64,000 nt of DNA from Mariniblastus sp. (GTDB lineage: Bacteria > Planctomycetota > Planctomycetia > Pirellulales > Pirellulaceae), in NCBI GenBank assembly GCA_031409295.1, contig JANNWZ010000154.1, positions 19 through 64,018 on the forward strand. Reading direction: 5' to 3'. Both the position numbers and the translations under genes were made by a program. Of the stretch, positions 27,807 to 37,327 are shown one piece after another; positions within the stretch are counted from its first letter, which is position 1, and each line of letters opens with the position of its first letter. Below the pieces are notes generated by a model. The model searched no databases. It saw nothing but the letters and a program-made list of their open reading frames with translations, and was not told where the DNA came from.

Positions 27807-28748
27807 ATGCCCATTATTCTGGTTGTTGATGATTCGGAAATTGATCGCAAGTTGGTCGAAGCGTTGCTTAAACCCAAACTTGATTGGCTTGTGCAGTTTG
27901 CTGAAGACGGTGCCCAAGGACTGGAGATGATCGGAGCGATCTTTCCGGATGTCGTCGTAACCGATTTGCAGATGCCGGAGATGGACGGTATTCAACTCTG
28001 CGCCGAAGCGAAACTGCAATACCCGCATGTGCCGATTGTCTTAATTACTGGCCGGGGAAGTGAAGAACTGGCGATCGCCGCATTGGCCGCAGGCGCAGCG
28101 AGCTATGTGCCCAAAAGCGCCTTGGCAGGGTCTTTGTTGGAGACAGTGGAACAGGTTCTGTCGTTGGCCAAACACGACAAATCGCTCGGTCTACTGATGA
28201 AGTACAATACCAACACAAGGTACCAATTCAATCTCGAAAACGATCAGTCGCTGATTGCTCCGTTGACTGATTTCGTAAAAACTACCATGGAAAATCTGGA
28301 CTTGGGTGACGCCTCGGAACAACGTCATTGCATGGTGGCGATTGAGGAAGCATTAATCAATGCCATGTTCCATGGCAATTTGGAGTTGGACGGTTTGGCG
28401 GTACAAGATGCCCGTCGCGCCTTGCATGACGGCGAGATCGCCGAAGTTGTCCGCGAGCGAAAACACGACAAGAGATTTAAAGAACGGCGCGTGCGGTTTG
28501 CCATTGAATTCAGCCGCAAAGAAGTCAAGATCCTCGTGCGCGATGAAGGCCCTGGTTTCGATGCGGTGGCCAAACTGGAAAGTGCCGATGACTTGAGTCA
28601 ATTGTCCGGTGCCGGTGGAAGAGGTCTCACGCTGATACGGAACTTTATGGATGATATTCAATTCAACGACGATGGCAACGAAATCCGGTTGCTTTTGAAA
28701 CTGAAATCGAAAGCACTCCAACCCAATCAAGCAACAGCAACGACCTAG
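27807..28748 (+). CDS. Response regulator: REC domain + HATPase_c (anti-sigma/RsbW-like) output domain
   Basis: ILVVDDS, VVTDLQMPEMDG, ITGRG, YVPK; C-terminal EEALINAMFHGNLE, VRDEGPGFD, GGRGLTLI. Confidence 0.88.
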   Translation: MPIILVVDDSEIDRKLVEALLKPKLDWLVQFAEDGAQGLEMIGAIFPDVVVTDLQMPEMDGIQLCAEAKLQYPHVPIVLITGRGSEELAIAALAAGAASYVPKSALAGSLLETVEQVLSLAKHDKSLGLLMKYNTNTRYQFNLENDQSLIAPLTDFVKTTMENLDLGDASEQRHCMVAIEEALINAMFHGNLELDGLAVQDARRALHDGEIAEVVRERKHDKRFKERRVRFAIEFSRKEVKILVRDEGPGFDAVAKLESADDLSQLSGAGGRGLTLIRNFMDDIQFNDDGNEIRLLLKLKSKALQPNQATATT

Positions 28749-28892
28749 TTTGGGATTGGGCAGTCGGAGTAAGTCCCTGACTTGGGTGATCGTGCTTGGA
28801 TTGATTTGCGAATAACATAGTAAAAATAGGATACCTGGGCAAAACAGGATATTTTATTCTTAGTTAAGATTCCGAGAAAACCAGGAAAACTG

Positions 28893-28915
28893 GACTTGAC
28901 CATCCTTGTCAAGTC
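28893..28915. promoter_or_regulatory. Perfect 8-bp inverted repeat GACTTGAC-N7-GTCAAGTC upstream of csrA; candidate TF operator
   Basis: Read directly from the sequence. It contains a TTGAC (-35-like) half-site. Confidence 0.45.
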
Positions 28916-29061
28916 ATTCCTTGAAAGTTATTCTCGCAAACAACAGCGGTCTTCTCGTTGCGATTTCCGACTCGGATCCAACCCCGCGTGGTTGTTTATT
29001 CAGTGTGGCTATCGCTCACCAAGGAAGAAGTAAGGGAATATTTTCTAAAAAGGAATTAACG

Positions 29062-29301
29062 ATGTTGGTGCTTAGTCGCAAAACTGGCGAACGCATTTGG
29101 ATTGGCGAAAACATTTCGATAACGGTTGTTCGAATCACCGGAGGGGGTGTTCGGATTGGCATCGAGGCGCCTGTTGAAATGGCGGTTGTTCGCGAAGAAT
29201 TGAAATTGCGAATGTCCGAAACTGATGGATCACACCTGGGTGGACAAGATCTTAATCAATCCGTCGAGCATCCGCAAACGACTCGATCCCCCCAAGCTTG
29301 A
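29062..29301 (+). CDS. csrA: Carbon storage regulator CsrA
   Basis: MLVLSRKTGERIWIGENISITVVRITGGGVRIGIEAPVEMAVVREEL, with AAGGA SD upstream. Confidence 0.93.
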   Translation: MLVLSRKTGERIWIGENISITVVRITGGGVRIGIEAPVEMAVVREELKLRMSETDGSHLGGQDLNQSVEHPQTTRSPQA

Positions 29302-30249
29302 TTACTTACGATTCCAATCGTAGGATTCCAGTTCGGCGGTTTGCACGTTGCTGCCGATGGCTTTACCGGATCGCACATCTATCTTTCCTTGGGCCAAAGT
29401 ATTGAGCGGTCCATATTTGGCGACAAATTCTTCCAGTGCGGCCAATTTCCTGTTCGCCGATGCTTCCTGATGCGTTTCCTGTCCGGGTGGATTGCCCCAA
29501 ATGACTTGGGTTCCATTTGCCGGCCATAACTCGAAGGGCGAATCGGGATCTATTTGTCGATCGGGCCGACGAAAGGTCACGATGCGATACAAACCGAGTT
29601 CTTGCCAGCGCGATCCAAGGACCTCGCTGATTTCTGCGCAACCTTTGATTCGTTCATCGGGCCATTCTGTCCAGGTTTCGAGTTTGGTGAATCGAATCGG
29701 ATCAAAAACTGAAAATCTCAACAACGATTCTGCCGCTACCAATTTGGCAGGCAAAATAATCGCTTGTCGATCCACCGGCATGAGTTGGCCGTCCTCGTCG
29801 GCGGGCCAATCAGGAATCGTGAGTTTATTGAGTTCAATCATGCCAATCGGTTCCCGGTAAACCAATTCAATCGACAGTCCCGCCTTTGATTTTTCGACTC
29901 TGCGGACCTGTTCGACCCAGCCCACGGTTTTGAATGTTTCGACCGTCCGCGCTACCAATGCAGTATCGAGCAGGGAAGCCGTTTGATCGCTGGTAACATG
30001 GTCGAGCACCAACTTTTTAAGATCACCTTCACTCCATAGCGGCGGGTCATTCAATTGAATTTTGTCAACGGTCAATCGGTAGTCTTCTCGATCGACAATT
30101 GCTTCCTGATGTCGGTTCCAAAGATGAACGGCAACCCCGATCGTAAAACTTGACGCCACCACGAACAGTGTGGCTGGGTGAAGAAGGATACCGCGAACGG
30201 AAAGTCCCGAGAGTAAACGTGTAAGCAAATCTTCCTTGCGTTTCGCCAT
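29302..30249 (-). CDS. Bitopic membrane protein, FtsQ/DivIB-like (divergent)
   Basis: Single N-terminal TM followed by a periplasmic domain. GWVEQVRRVEKSKAGLSIELVYREP resembles the POTRA end of FtsQ. It lies directly downstream of the murB homolog. Confidence 0.55.
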   Translation of the reverse strand: MAKRKEDLLTRLLSGLSVRGILLHPATLFVVASSFTIGVAVHLWNRHQEAIVDREDYRLTVDKIQLNDPPLWSEGDLKKLVLDHVTSDQTASLLDTALVARTVETFKTVGWVEQVRRVEKSKAGLSIELVYREPIGMIELNKLTIPDWPADEDGQLMPVDRQAIILPAKLVAAESLLRFSVFDPIRFTKLETWTEWPDERIKGCAEISEVLGSRWQELGLYRIVTFRRPDRQIDPDSPFELWPANGTQVIWGNPPGQETHQEASANRKLAALEEFVAKYGPLNTLAQGKIDVRSGKAIGSNVQTAELESYDWNRK

Positions 30250-30389
30250 GATCCATCTCAAAAAACGAGTCGTTTCGACAGGAAGTGATTCCTGATTGAA
30301 TGTTTTTCGTATTTTTTGACAGAAAATCTTGAGGCGAAATCGGAGTTAGTCTGGAACGGTAAATTCTTTCGGGAACTGGCAGCGATTGC

Positions 30390-31268
30390 TCACCAAATAC
30401 AGATCGCGTTTTCCAGCTGAACTTGCAAGCGATCACCTACCTGTGTCCGAACCAACTCCATTAATTGAATCACCTCATCGCTAGTAGCACCGGGGTGAGC
30501 GACAAAGAAATTCGAGTTTTTGTCTGAAATTTCAACTTTTCCTACCCTGGTCCCCTTCAGTCCGGCTCGGTCGATCAATTCTGCGGCAGTCTCGCCTCCG
30601 TGGTCCTTGAAAATGTAGGTCGAATTTTCTTCCGACGGTGGTTGGGTAGCGCGGCGAACAATCCACTGTTTTTGCATTTGCCGGGTGAGCAAAGCTGAGT
30701 CTTCCGGTTCGAATTGAAACTTGGCACTGAGAATCACCAATTCTGTGATACTGCTTTGACGATAGGAAAACGATAACGAATGTTTGTCGCGCATGCTACG
30801 ATTTCCGGCGCGGTTCAACAATTCAACGGATTGCACCCACGAGCCAATATCGATCCCGTGGGCGCCAGTGTTGTTATGTAAGGCGCCGCCAATGGTGCCT
30901 GGAATACCAACCAGTTGCTCGGGTCCCGATAATCCAGCGCGCACGGCCGCGGCGACGAAATGTGAGATTTGTGTTCCGCCACCCGCGGTCAGGCAATTGT
31001 TTTCAATCTCAATCGTGCAAAAAGCAGGAGCACACAACTGCACAACCAAGCCGGCAACTCCAGTCCCGCGGACCAACAAGTTGGAACCATTACCGAGCAT
31101 ACGAATTGGCAGATCGTGGTCGGAGAATCGTTTCACCAATGCAATCAATTCCTCGATTGATGTTGGTTCCGCATAAAATTCCGCGACACCACCGACATTT
31201 AAGCGGGTGAATCGAGATAACGACTCGTTTTCGCGAACGATGTGTTCAAAACCGGAATTTAAACTCAC
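30390..31268 (-). CDS. murB: UDP-N-acetylmuramate dehydrogenase (MurB) homolog, active site divergent
   Basis: TRLNVGGVAEFYAEP, LGNGSNLLV, GIPGTIGGAL, FSYRQS, LKGTRVGKVEIS. GTG start at 31268 inferred. Confidence 0.85.
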   Translation of the reverse strand: MSLNSGFEHIVRENESLSRFTRLNVGGVAEFYAEPTSIEELIALVKRFSDHDLPIRMLGNGSNLLVRGTGVAGLVVQLCAPAFCTIEIENNCLTAGGGTQISHFVAAAVRAGLSGPEQLVGIPGTIGGALHNNTGAHGIDIGSWVQSVELLNRAGNRSMRDKHSLSFSYRQSSITELVILSAKFQFEPEDSALLTRQMQKQWIVRRATQPPSEENSTYIFKDHGGETAAELIDRAGLKGTRVGKVEISDKNSNFFVAHPGATSDEVIQLMELVRTQVGDRLQVQLENAICIW

Positions 31269-31410
31269 AAATTCATCCTTTGTAAACAGGGAACACGTTT
31301 CCTCAATAATACCAATTTTTGCAATTTCCCGAACCCGATCGATTTGGACTGAGGAAAAACAGGGAAATTGCCTTGGTCGCACTATTCAATCGATCAACTT
31401 AGGCCATGGT

Positions 31411-32172
31411 TTACCAATAGCGTTCTAATACGATCTGCCCCGGCGACTTGCTGCGATGAAGTGTCATGTTTCGTTTTCCCAACAATTGTTCCATTGAGTC
31501 AAGCATGGCTGGATTGCCACAAAGCAGGACCGATGATGTTTCCGGTCTCATTTCGTCGCCCACCAGGTGTTCCAAAGATCCGTTTTCGATCAAGTCCGGA
31601 ATGCGACCAGTCAGGCAATTTGGCGACTGATCACGCGTTAGAGTTTGGATCAATTTGAATCGTCCCGGGAATCGTTGTTCTAGATCCAACAATTCTTCCG
31701 TATAGGCGAGGTCGGTAATTTTGCGGACGCCATGGACAACAATAATCCGCTGAAATTTTTCCCAGGCATAATCCGTTCGCAGCATCGCGATGTAGGGAGC
31801 CAGCCCAGTCCCTGTCGCGAACAGCCAGGCTAATCGCGCGGCCGGCGTTTTTTGCAAAGTAAAACTCCCCGCTGCCCGTTGTGAGACATGGATCGGTTGA
31901 CCTTCCTGAAGTTCCCATAATTTGGGAGTCAGTTCACCATCGTCCACCACGACAATAAAAAACTCCAGTTCGTCGCCGTGAGGAGAGGCCACAGAATAGG
32001 GGCGATTGATTAGTTTTGGTTCCGATTCAACTGAATCCTGTTGGTGAACCATTAATTGCAAGAATTGTCCTGGTAAGAACGGCTCAATATCGGGAACTCG
32101 TATTCGAATCGTGAATAGTCCAGGCGACCAATTCCGTCGATTGGTAATGACTCCTTCGCACCATTTGGGCAT
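31411..32172 (-). CDS. fpr: Ferredoxin--NADP+ reductase (bacterial subclass)
   Basis: PGQFLQL, RPYSVAS, GELTPKL, ATGTGLAPY, HGVR, LLCGNPAML and C-terminal ERYW. Confidence 0.92.
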   Translation of the reverse strand: MPKWCEGVITNRRNWSPGLFTIRIRVPDIEPFLPGQFLQLMVHQQDSVESEPKLINRPYSVASPHGDELEFFIVVVDDGELTPKLWELQEGQPIHVSQRAAGSFTLQKTPAARLAWLFATGTGLAPYIAMLRTDYAWEKFQRIIVVHGVRKITDLAYTEELLDLEQRFPGRFKLIQTLTRDQSPNCLTGRIPDLIENGSLEHLVGDEMRPETSSVLLCGNPAMLDSMEQLLGKRNMTLHRSKSPGQIVLERYW

Positions 32173-32448
32173 CGTAAATTCAAACCATTTTTTTAGGGAA
32201 GGGAGCCCGGCGGCAAAAACCAAATGTGGGCGGAGCGCAGCGGGTGAAAGCAATTCCGGCTGCCCGCATGGCTTTATCATCCGTGATTTATCCCCCCGAA
32301 TCAATCAGTGAACAGCGAGTATTTGTTTATCGGCGAAGGCGCATACCAGTTGGGGAAAATCCCGTTTTTGCTTATAACCTTCAACTGACGTTTTTTGACA
32401 TTCGGATTTCTACGCCGCAGGAATGGGTGCACGACCACCGCTAATAAC

Positions 32449-35400
32449 ATGTTTAACCCGGACGATATTCCCAGCCGATTTGATTTCTTAGAATCTCAAG
32501 ACCGTCTCTATGCCATGTGGGAGGACGGCGGTTATTTCCATGCCGAACCCGACGCATCGAAAACCCCGTTTACGATCGTGATTCCTCCTCCCAACGTAAC
32601 CGGCGCCTTGCATTTGGGACATGCTCTGAACAATACGTTGCAGGACATTCAAATCCGGATGAAACGGATGCAAGGTTTCAATGCGCTGTGGATGCCCGGA
32701 ACCGACCACGCGGGCATCGCCACTCAAGCCGTTGTGGAGCGTCGACTTCGGGAGCAAGAGAACAAAACACGCCACGATTTAGGCCGCGAAAAACTGGTTG
32801 CGCGAATTTGGGATTGGAAAACAGAATACGAGGGACGCATTTTGGGCCAACTCAAAAAAATGGGTTGCAGCTGCGACTGGCAGCGGACTCGATTTACGCT
32901 GGACGAAATGTGTGCCACCGCCGTGCGGCATACTTTTTTTGATCTGTTTGACAAACAGCTAATTTATCGCGGCAAGCGGCTGGTCAATTGGGATACGTTT
33001 TTGCAAACCACGGTTAGCGACGACGAGGTCATCAATGAAACCAAACAAGGCAACTTTTGGCATTTCATGTATCCCGTCATCGATCCGCAGGGGAATGAAC
33101 CGGCGCATGTTATCGTCGCGACCACTCGACCCGAAACCATGCTCGGTGATACCGCAGTCGCCGTGCATCCCGATCCGGCCGCGGCCTTCGATCGTATCGC
33201 GTCGGAGCTGACGGAAAAATTGAAAACCGCTTCGTCCGCTGAGCAAAAAAATATACAGGCTGATCTCGAAGCGGTCGCAATTCGACGCCAAACGATGTTG
33301 CCGCAATTGGAAATTCTTCGCAACATGGCGCAAGCGGGACGAAAACTGATGTTGCCATTGGTCAATCGTATTATCCCCTTGGTCACCGATACTTGGGCCA
33401 AGCCGGAATTGGGCTCCGGTTGTGTCAAGATCACACCGGCCCATGACCCCAACGACTATGAAGTCGGAAAACGTTGCGGATTGCCGTTGATCAACATCAT
33501 GAATCGGGATGGTTCACTGAACCTCGAGGCCGGCAAATATCAAGGCCTGCTGATGAAACAGGCGCGGACTGCCGTGGTTGATGATTTGGAAGCGATTGGA
33601 CTTTTGCAAAAAGTTGAGGACCGCGAAATTGAAATGCCGATGTCCGATCGCAGCAAGACTCCGATCGAACCGTTTTTGGCGGATCAGTGGTTCGTCAAAA
33701 TGGATTCATTGGCGGAGTCCGCCATGCAAGCGGTCAGGGATTCTCGCGTAAAAATCTATCCAGTTCGCTATGAACGCAGCTACCTGGATTGGCTTGGCGA
33801 AAAACGGGATTGGCCGGTTTCGAGGCAGTTATGGTGGGGCCATCAAATTCCAGTTTGGTCGTTGGGTTGCTCGTCAGAAAAAGCAGTTCAGGTTCTGAAA
33901 TCTCAAATTCAAGCGTTGAACAGCTACGATCCCCAAGGCGCTTCGATACAAGTTGAATTGAATAGTGAGAACGATGCGGAAAAACGAGCGCTATTGGGAT
34001 TGCCATGTGCTACCGTGCATGTCTGCGTCCAGTCGAATAACGAATCGCTGGAATCCGACTTGATCAAACTGGGAATGGTGCGGGAAGAAGACGTTTTGGA
34101 TACGTGGTTCAGCTCGGCACTGTGGCCGCATTCGACTTTGGGATGGCCGCAACAAACTCCGGAACTGAAATACTTTTACCCAACCAGTACATTGATCACC
34201 AGTCGCGATATCATTTCGTTGTGGGTCGCTCGAATGGTGCTGATGGGGTTGAACAATTTGAATGAAGTCCCGTTCAAAGAGGTGTTCATTCATCCGAAAA
34301 TCCAGGACGGATTCGGCGAGACGATGTCAAAATCCAAAGGAAACGGCATTGATCCGCTCGACGTCATCGAAAAATTTGGTGCCGATGCACTTCGGTTTGG
34401 CATGGCCCATTTGACGACGGAGACGCAAGACGTACGGATTCCCGTTCAATTTGAATGCCCGCATTGTGCGCATACGTTTGATCAAACCAAAAAGAACCGC
34501 GTGTTGCCCCAACTAGCCTGTCCTGGTTGCAAACAGGAATTTTCCACGCAATGGGCTTCGACCGATGCCGAAAAATCGTTGCCTCGCGGCGCAGTAACCA
34601 GCGAACGATTCGAGGTCGCGCGCAATTTCATCAATAAACTCTGGAACGCTTCCCGTTTTGCCATGTTGAATTTGGGCGGCTATTCTCCCGCGCCGATTGT
34701 TGAAGCCGATTTGACGATCGAGGATCGTTGGATGCTCAGCCGATTGGCAACCGTTTCACAAAGTGTTACCGACAAATTTGAACATTTTCAATTCGCTGAC
34801 GCGACACGCGAGCTGTATGATTTTGCCTGGGATAACTTTTGCAGTTTCTATGTTGAAATATTGAAAGATCGATTTACCGATGCGGCGGCTCGACCGCATG
34901 CTCAACGCATGTTGGCCTTTGCATTGGATTCCTTGTTGCGCCTTTTGCATCCCGTCGTCCCGTTCATCACCGAAGAGATTTGGCAAAACCTGGCGAAACT
35001 TGCTGGGGCACGAGGATTTGCCGCAGTTGAGGCCGCGAGTCCTTGTTTGATCGCGGCCCAATGGCCTCGGATTGACTCGCGCTGGCAAAGTCCTGAAATC
35101 GAACAACAGTTTTCCATGTATCAACAGACGTTGGCCGCCCTGCGCGAAATTCGAGCCAAACAAAACCTGCCGCCTCGAAAAGAAATTCGTTTCGCTGTTC
35201 GGTGCACGGAGTCGATTGCAGCGCCGCTCCGTCCGATGGCAAGCTACTTCAAAAGTATGGCTGCCGCCGAATTGTCGGAAATGGGTCCGAAGATTGTCCC
35301 GCCCGCCATCAACGCTCCGTTTGTTTTGCCCGAATTGGAAATCTTCGTAGACTTGGCAGGTCTAATCGACAAAACAGCAGAAACGGCGAGGCTGGAGAAA

Positions 35401-35568
35401 GAACGCGCAAAAATCGAGACTGGCATAACAGCCAAACAGGCTAAACTTGCCAATGAAAAATTCATGAACAGTGCGCCACCGGAAATCGTCGAACGTGAAC
35501 GGGTGGCCCTGGCTCAATCAGTAGACCAATTGAAATCCATTGCCGAAGCCTTGGCTCGGTTGCGATAG
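32449..35568 (+). CDS. valS: Valine--tRNA ligase
   Basis: PPPNVTGALHLGH, PGTDHAGIATQ, ATTRPETMLGD, DWPVSRQLWWGH, DVLDTWFSS, TMSKS and the C-terminal coiled coil. Confidence 0.97.
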   Translation: MFNPDDIPSRFDFLESQDRLYAMWEDGGYFHAEPDASKTPFTIVIPPPNVTGALHLGHALNNTLQDIQIRMKRMQGFNALWMPGTDHAGIATQAVVERRLREQENKTRHDLGREKLVARIWDWKTEYEGRILGQLKKMGCSCDWQRTRFTLDEMCATAVRHTFFDLFDKQLIYRGKRLVNWDTFLQTTVSDDEVINETKQGNFWHFMYPVIDPQGNEPAHVIVATTRPETMLGDTAVAVHPDPAAAFDRIASELTEKLKTASSAEQKNIQADLEAVAIRRQTMLPQLEILRNMAQAGRKLMLPLVNRIIPLVTDTWAKPELGSGCVKITPAHDPNDYEVGKRCGLPLINIMNRDGSLNLEAGKYQGLLMKQARTAVVDDLEAIGLLQKVEDREIEMPMSDRSKTPIEPFLADQWFVKMDSLAESAMQAVRDSRVKIYPVRYERSYLDWLGEKRDWPVSRQLWWGHQIPVWSLGCSSEKAVQVLKSQIQALNSYDPQGASIQVELNSENDAEKRALLGLPCATVHVCVQSNNESLESDLIKLGMVREEDVLDTWFSSALWPHSTLGWPQQTPELKYFYPTSTLITSRDIISLWVARMVLMGLNNLNEVPFKEVFIHPKIQDGFGETMSKSKGNGIDPLDVIEKFGADALRFGMAHLTTETQDVRIPVQFECPHCAHTFDQTKKNRVLPQLACPGCKQEFSTQWASTDAEKSLPRGAVTSERFEVARNFINKLWNASRFAMLNLGGYSPAPIVEADLTIEDRWMLSRLATVSQSVTDKFEHFQFADATRELYDFAWDNFCSFYVEILKDRFTDAAARPHAQRMLAFALDSLLRLLHPVVPFITEEIWQNLAKLAGARGFAAVEAASPCLIAAQWPRIDSRWQSPEIEQQFSMYQQTLAALREIRAKQNLPPRKEIRFAVRCTESIAAPLRPMASYFKSMAAAELSEMGPKIVPPAINAPFVLPELEIFVDLAGLIDKTAETARLEKERAKIETGITAKQAKLANEKFMNSAPPEIVERERVALAQSVDQLKSIAEALARLR

Positions 35569-37319
35569 ATTTCCACCACTTGACCAGAGTTCACCTGTAC
35601 CGGCCCGGAAATTTTCTGCCATGCGCCCGCCAACACTTTTTTGCGCACTGGCACCAATAAGCGGTTAATGATGTTGTGTTTGTAGGTATCGGCGAGCGAT
35701 TTCGCGCTCGCGGCATCCGGTATGACCAAGTAGTCAATTTTCAATTCGGCTTGTTGCATGAGGTAAGTGATTTTCTCCTCGTCAGTGGTTCCGAAAACTC
35801 GTTGCCAATCGGCCACCGCCGGGACGCCGAAAATTGGCGCGCGCGTCATTTCAGTGCCTTCGATTTCGACATGATTCAAGTGACGGTCGGCATTCGGACG
35901 ATCAAACAGCAACGTCGAATACAGGCTGTGCGTGTTCAACTCGGTCAATTGCACAACACCAAAACAGATTTGCGTTCGCCCGGAAGGCAAGTTGTCAGCC
36001 AGAATTTGATCGATTAGTCGATGGTGCGCCGACATTAGATCAAAATTGGATCGTTGTTGATGCCGGCGCGATCCGCGGGCACTCGCGACCAATAGACATA
36101 GACATAGGCAAATCCACATGTAGCGATGGAGATTCTTGGATCCGTGTTGTTCCAGCCGACGCAGAACCGGAATGAGGAAAAATAGAATCAATCCGATGAC
36201 TGCCGGCATGCCGACGAATGGATTGATTCCCGCGCGCCGCGCCATCAAAATTGCGATCGGAGCGATTCCAATCCAGAGAATTTCCCAGTCCCAAGTACGA
36301 TGCTTGCCAGCGGGTTGAACCGAAAAATTGGGCGGCGTCGTTGTTTTTGAAACTACCGCCAAACCCAAACCCCAAGCCAGAAACAACGCTGGCAGCGAAT
36401 CTCCCAGACAACGCAACACCATTTTGGGGTGTTTCATTGTTTCCCGCCAGGGAATTCCGGCATTGGCATCCGTATTCCAGACGGCATAGTAGAAATACAA
36501 ATAGTCAAAATTAAGAAAGTAAAACCAGCCCGCGACGGTCAATACGATCAAACAAGAAAACAAATAGCCCAGAATTTTCACTTTGAACAACAGAGGTTGC
36601 TTGAAGGAGCAGCCTAACAAATCTAACAGCACGATCGGCGACAGCGCTGCCAACAAATAAATCGGCGCGGTAGCTCGGGACAAACAACAAGCTCCGGCAG
36701 CCACGCCCAACAATCCGAATCGCCACCAGGTTGGCTGATCGCGCGCCGACAGAAATAAGCAGGCCGTGATGCCAAACGTCAAACACAATCCCAGGTCCAT
36801 GCGAAAATCCGACAATCCTCCATTGTCGAAATACAGACACCCCGCGCCGAGAAACGTCAGGCAGCCGAGCATCGCCGTCGACGGTCTCAATCCGCGCATC
36901 GTTGTCAAATAGCTGTGCAGACTGATTAGAAACAGGAATAACAATCCCGTTTGAATCCAGCTGCCGACCGCTCGACTGGGTGCCACAATTGGCGCGATAC
37001 TGGCCGCGATGATAAATGGCAGACTAACCGTCGTCGTGACGAAACTTGCCTCGTGGAATCCCGCTGAGAATCCCTGCTCGCGTGACAGTGTCATGACTCG
37101 AAAGAGTTGTTCGTAGTAACTCAGCGAATCATAAAACGGACTCTGATGTTGATACAACTGTCGGTTGAGTTGGCAGCAATAAAAGCCGACCAACCAACAC
37201 GCCAGCGCCAACATTGCCCAGTATTTCAGCTTTGTCACAAATTTCTTTCGCGACCCATCGGCGAAAGTCCCTGCTTTTTTTGATTGCACCTGAAGAAGCC
37301 ACCGTAGTTTCAGCGACAC
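35514..37319 (-). CDS. Polytopic membrane protein, probable GT-C-fold glycosyltransferase
   Basis: About 11-12 TM segments, a first-loop FYDSLSY motif, SDFRMDL, and a C-terminal soluble domain. It is next to a GtrB-like gene. The true start may lie a little downstream (e.g. at MLALAC). Confidence 0.55.
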   Translation of the reverse strand: MSLKLRWLLQVQSKKAGTFADGSRKKFVTKLKYWAMLALACWLVGFYCCQLNRQLYQHQSPFYDSLSYYEQLFRVMTLSREQGFSAGFHEASFVTTTVSLPFIIAASIAPIVAPSRAVGSWIQTGLLFLFLISLHSYLTTMRGLRPSTAMLGCLTFLGAGCLYFDNGGLSDFRMDLGLCLTFGITACLFLSARDQPTWWRFGLLGVAAGACCLSRATAPIYLLAALSPIVLLDLLGCSFKQPLLFKVKILGYLFSCLIVLTVAGWFYFLNFDYLYFYYAVWNTDANAGIPWRETMKHPKMVLRCLGDSLPALFLAWGLGLAVVSKTTTPPNFSVQPAGKHRTWDWEILWIGIAPIAILMARRAGINPFVGMPAVIGLILFFLIPVLRRLEQHGSKNLHRYMWICLCLCLLVASARGSRRHQQRSNFDLMSAHHRLIDQILADNLPSGRTQICFGVVQLTELNTHSLYSTLLFDRPNADRHLNHVEIEGTEMTRAPIFGVPAVADWQRVFGTTDEEKITYLMQQAELKIDYLVIPDAASAKSLADTYKHNIINRLLVPVRKKVLAGAWQKISGPVQVNSGQVVEIYRNRAKASAMDFNWSTD

Positions 37320-37327
37320 CGTTTTTC

